From the IMG/VR virus record IMGVR_UViG_3300027790_000038, positions 1 through 45,343 of that record: a stretch of DNA of 45,343 bases, one strand, 5' to 3'. The notes below the pieces were generated by a model. That model did not search any database, was not told the origin of the DNA, and saw only the letters and a program-made list of their open reading frames with translations. Below, piece by piece: positions 43,190 through 45,343 of the stretch. A program made the translations under genes and the position numbers. Every line of letters begins with the position of its first letter. The first letter of the stretch is position 1. The DNA comes from a virus. Its lineage: Duplodnaviria; Caudoviricetes.

Positions 43190-45258
43190 AGCTCAACATC
43201 GACTTCGAGACCCGGTCCCTGATCGATCTCCGGAAGACGGGGGTCTACCCGTACGGTCAGCACCCCAGCACGGACATCTGGTGCATGGCGTTCGCCTTCG
43301 GTGATGAGCCCGTCCAACTCATGTCGATCGCCGGGGCGGACAGCGACCCACTTCTGTGGTCCTTCCACCCAGACTTGGAACGTGTCTACGAACACGTCCT
43401 GTCAGGAGGAGAGGTCTGGGCGTGGAACGCGCAGTTCGAACGGGTGATCTGGAACTTCATCCTGACGAAGCGTTATGGCTTCCCCCCACTGACACGGGCG
43501 CAAACGTTCGACACCGCTGCGGAAGCTGCCGCACTCGGACTGCCGCGTGGTCTCGGATATGCTGCGCAGGCATTGGGTCTCGACACCGAGAAGGACATGG
43601 AGGGCCGCCGACTCATGCTGCAGATGGCGAAGCCCCGGAAGAAGAAACCCCTCACGTGGTGGGACGACGTCGAGCGCCGGCAGCGGTTGTATGACTACTG
43701 CCGTCGTGACGTCGAGGTCGAGCGCGCGATCGGCAAGCTCACCCGGCCACTCTCCCCATTCGAGCGGGAGGTGTACCTCCTGGACCAGAAGGCCAACGAT
43801 CGTGGTGTGCTGATCGACACCCCGCTCGTCGAGGCCGCGAAAGAGATGGCAGTCGTCACCCTCGCCGAAGCCGACGAGGAGCTGCAGACGCTCACCGGTG
43901 GCGCGGTGTCCAAGGTCACCAAGGTCTGTGACATGACCATGTGGGTGCGGGACCAGGGTGTGGAGATCAGCGACCTCCAGAAGGACACAGTCCGGGATAT
44001 ACTGCAAACCGAACTACCGGATGATGTGCGTTCGGTTTTGCAGCTCCGGCAGGACGCGGGGAAGACCAGCGTATCGAAGCTCGACGCGATGCTCCGCGCC
44101 CGTTGTGATGACGATCGTGCGCGGGGCTTGCTCCTCTACCATGGCGCCAGCACTGGTCGATGGTCGGGCAAGCTGATCCAACCCCAGAACTTCCCTCGCC
44201 CTGAGATGGACGCGGAGTCTTACATCGGTCGCGTTCTCACCCGGGACTTCGAGCGTATCGACGAGCCGATCATGAAGGTCATCTCGTCTATGCTGCGATC
44301 GATGCTCCGTGCTCGACAGGGGAAGAAGTTCGTGGCGGGTGACTACTCTCAGGTCGAGGCCCGGGTGCTCGCGTGGATCGCTGGCCAGAGTGATCTCGTC
44401 GAACTGTTCCGCAGTGGGGGTAAGGTGTATGAGACCATGGCCGCGTTCATCTTCCAGATGGATGTGGGATCTGTCGCCAAAGACTCATTCGAGCGACAGA
44501 TCGGGAAGAACTCGGTGCTCGGCGCCGGGTTCCAGATGGGGGCCGATCGCTTCGCCGAGCAGGTTCGGGAGCAGACAGGCATCGTGTTGGAGCGGGGAGG
44601 GAGGTATTGTGTCCCAGAGGGGCACAAGATGGGGGACGATCACTCCTTCTGTGAGACATGTGGCAGCACTGTGACCGAAGACAGGGACGACGTCGCTGCC
44701 AAGGCTATTCGGGGCTACCGGGAGCTGTACCACATGATCCCCCAGTTCTGGCGCGACATCAACGACGCCGCGATCCGCGCGGTGCAGGACCCGGGCACCG
44801 TCCACTCGGTCGGGGTCGGCGCATCGATCAGGTACACCATGCGGGGTAACATCCTGTGGTGCATCCTCCCCAGTGGGCGCATGCTCTCCTATTTCAGCCC
44901 GGAGCTGCGCATGCGACGTCTACCGGAGCCGTATGAGCACATCGAGAAGCTCAGCTTGAGCTTCGTCGGGGTGGATGGGTACACACGGAAGTGGCGCCGC
45001 CAGCACACGTACGGAGGCCACCTGACAGAGAACGTGGTGCAGGCGATGGCGCGCGATCTCATGGCCGACGCGATGTTGCGTCTCGAGGCCGCGGGGTATC
45101 CCATCATCCTGACTGTCCACGATGAGGTACTGACCGAGCCCCCCGCCAACTTCGGTTCGACACAGGAGTTCGAAGACATCATGACGACACTACCCACCTG
45201 GGCGACAGGACTCCCTGTCGCTGCTGAGGCTTGGACCGGAGAGAGATACCGTAAATGA
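43186..45258 (+). CDS. polA: DNA polymerase, family A (phage type, with 3'-5' exonuclease)
   Basis: Exo IDFETRS, NAQFER and YCRRDV. TGRWSG...QPQNFPR, motif A DYSQVEARVLAW, motif B RQIGKNSVLGAGF and motif C TVHDEV. Confidence 0.95.
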   Translation: MKLNIDFETRSLIDLRKTGVYPYGQHPSTDIWCMAFAFGDEPVQLMSIAGADSDPLLWSFHPDLERVYEHVLSGGEVWAWNAQFERVIWNFILTKRYGFPPLTRAQTFDTAAEAAALGLPRGLGYAAQALGLDTEKDMEGRRLMLQMAKPRKKKPLTWWDDVERRQRLYDYCRRDVEVERAIGKLTRPLSPFEREVYLLDQKANDRGVLIDTPLVEAAKEMAVVTLAEADEELQTLTGGAVSKVTKVCDMTMWVRDQGVEISDLQKDTVRDILQTELPDDVRSVLQLRQDAGKTSVSKLDAMLRARCDDDRARGLLLYHGASTGRWSGKLIQPQNFPRPEMDAESYIGRVLTRDFERIDEPIMKVISSMLRSMLRARQGKKFVAGDYSQVEARVLAWIAGQSDLVELFRSGGKVYETMAAFIFQMDVGSVAKDSFERQIGKNSVLGAGFQMGADRFAEQVREQTGIVLERGGRYCVPEGHKMGDDHSFCETCGSTVTEDRDDVAAKAIRGYRELYHMIPQFWRDINDAAIRAVQDPGTVHSVGVGASIRYTMRGNILWCILPSGRMLSYFSPELRMRRLPEPYEHIEKLSLSFVGVDGYTRKWRRQHTYGGHLTENVVQAMARDLMADAMLRLEAAGYPIILTVHDEVLTEPPANFGSTQEFEDIMTTLPTWATGLPVAAEAWTGERYRK

Positions 45259-45343
45259 ACGCACGTAAGCTGTATATTGTGGGTTTCCTCCCGCTCATCC
45301 CCCTTCGCCCGAAGACCAAGATCCCCGCCATCAAGGGGTGGTC
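45255..45343 (+). CDS. N-terminus of the primase-helicase (continues at the window start)
   Basis: ATGA-coupled to polA. MNARKLYIVGFLPLIPLRPKTKIPAIKGW is a typical Prim-Pol start. Confidence 0.85.
   Translation, partial: MNARKLYIVGFLPLIPLRPKTKIPAIKGW

Larger units (their letters stand above)
1..45343. mobile_element. Near-complete tailed phage genome, podovirus-like, circularly permuted
   Basis: Full set of TerS, TerL, portal, scaffold, MCP, adaptor, nozzle and ejection genes plus a replication module. No tape-measure or sheath gene and no host genes. The primase gene is split across the two window ends. Confidence 0.95.

Noticed and set aside
44593-44690. Polymerase insertion as an intein or intron
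   Set aside because: It is far too short, in frame, and lacks intein terminal residues. It is treated as a zinc-ribbon insert.

Overview
The window is an almost complete, circularly permuted, GC-rich dsDNA tailed phage genome with podovirus-like architecture. It is opened inside the primase gene: the N-terminus is at 45255-45343 and the rest starts at base 3. The plus-strand arm (32.8 kb to the end, then 1-5.5 kb) holds early and replication genes: a short C5 methyltransferase, metallophosphoesterase, HTH protein, Holliday junction resolvase, SNF2 helicase, HD hydrolase, DUF2800 nuclease, DUF2815 SSB, family A DNA polymerase, Prim-Pol/SF3 primase-helicase, dATP/dGTP diphosphohydrolase-like protein, ATP-dependent RNA ligase and DUF932. 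The minus-strand arm (32.4 to 5.6 kb) holds late genes: TerS, a head-spike/polysaccharide-lyase-like block, TerL, portal, scaffold, MCP, glycosyltransferase, adaptor, fibres, lysis genes, nozzle and ejection proteins. The arms diverge at an iteron-rich intergenic region and converge on a 22-bp bidirectional terminator. No integrase, CRISPR array or reverse transcriptase was seen. The main observations are: (1) three copies of a GTTGGCAC-N6-CAACGAC box, each exactly 17 nt upstream of a -10 hexamer, heading the late units; (2) a tRNA-like RNA with a D-loop hairpin insertion and a non-canonical anticodon arm; (3) an internally deleted RtcB remnant in a genome that also has an intact Rnl-type ligase; (4) a predicted ejected protein fusing a GNAT-like and an HhH-glycosylase-like domain; (5) an RcGTA-like head-spike module with a tandem lyase-like protein between terS and terL. 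All family assignments come from recognising motifs by eye, not from database searches.
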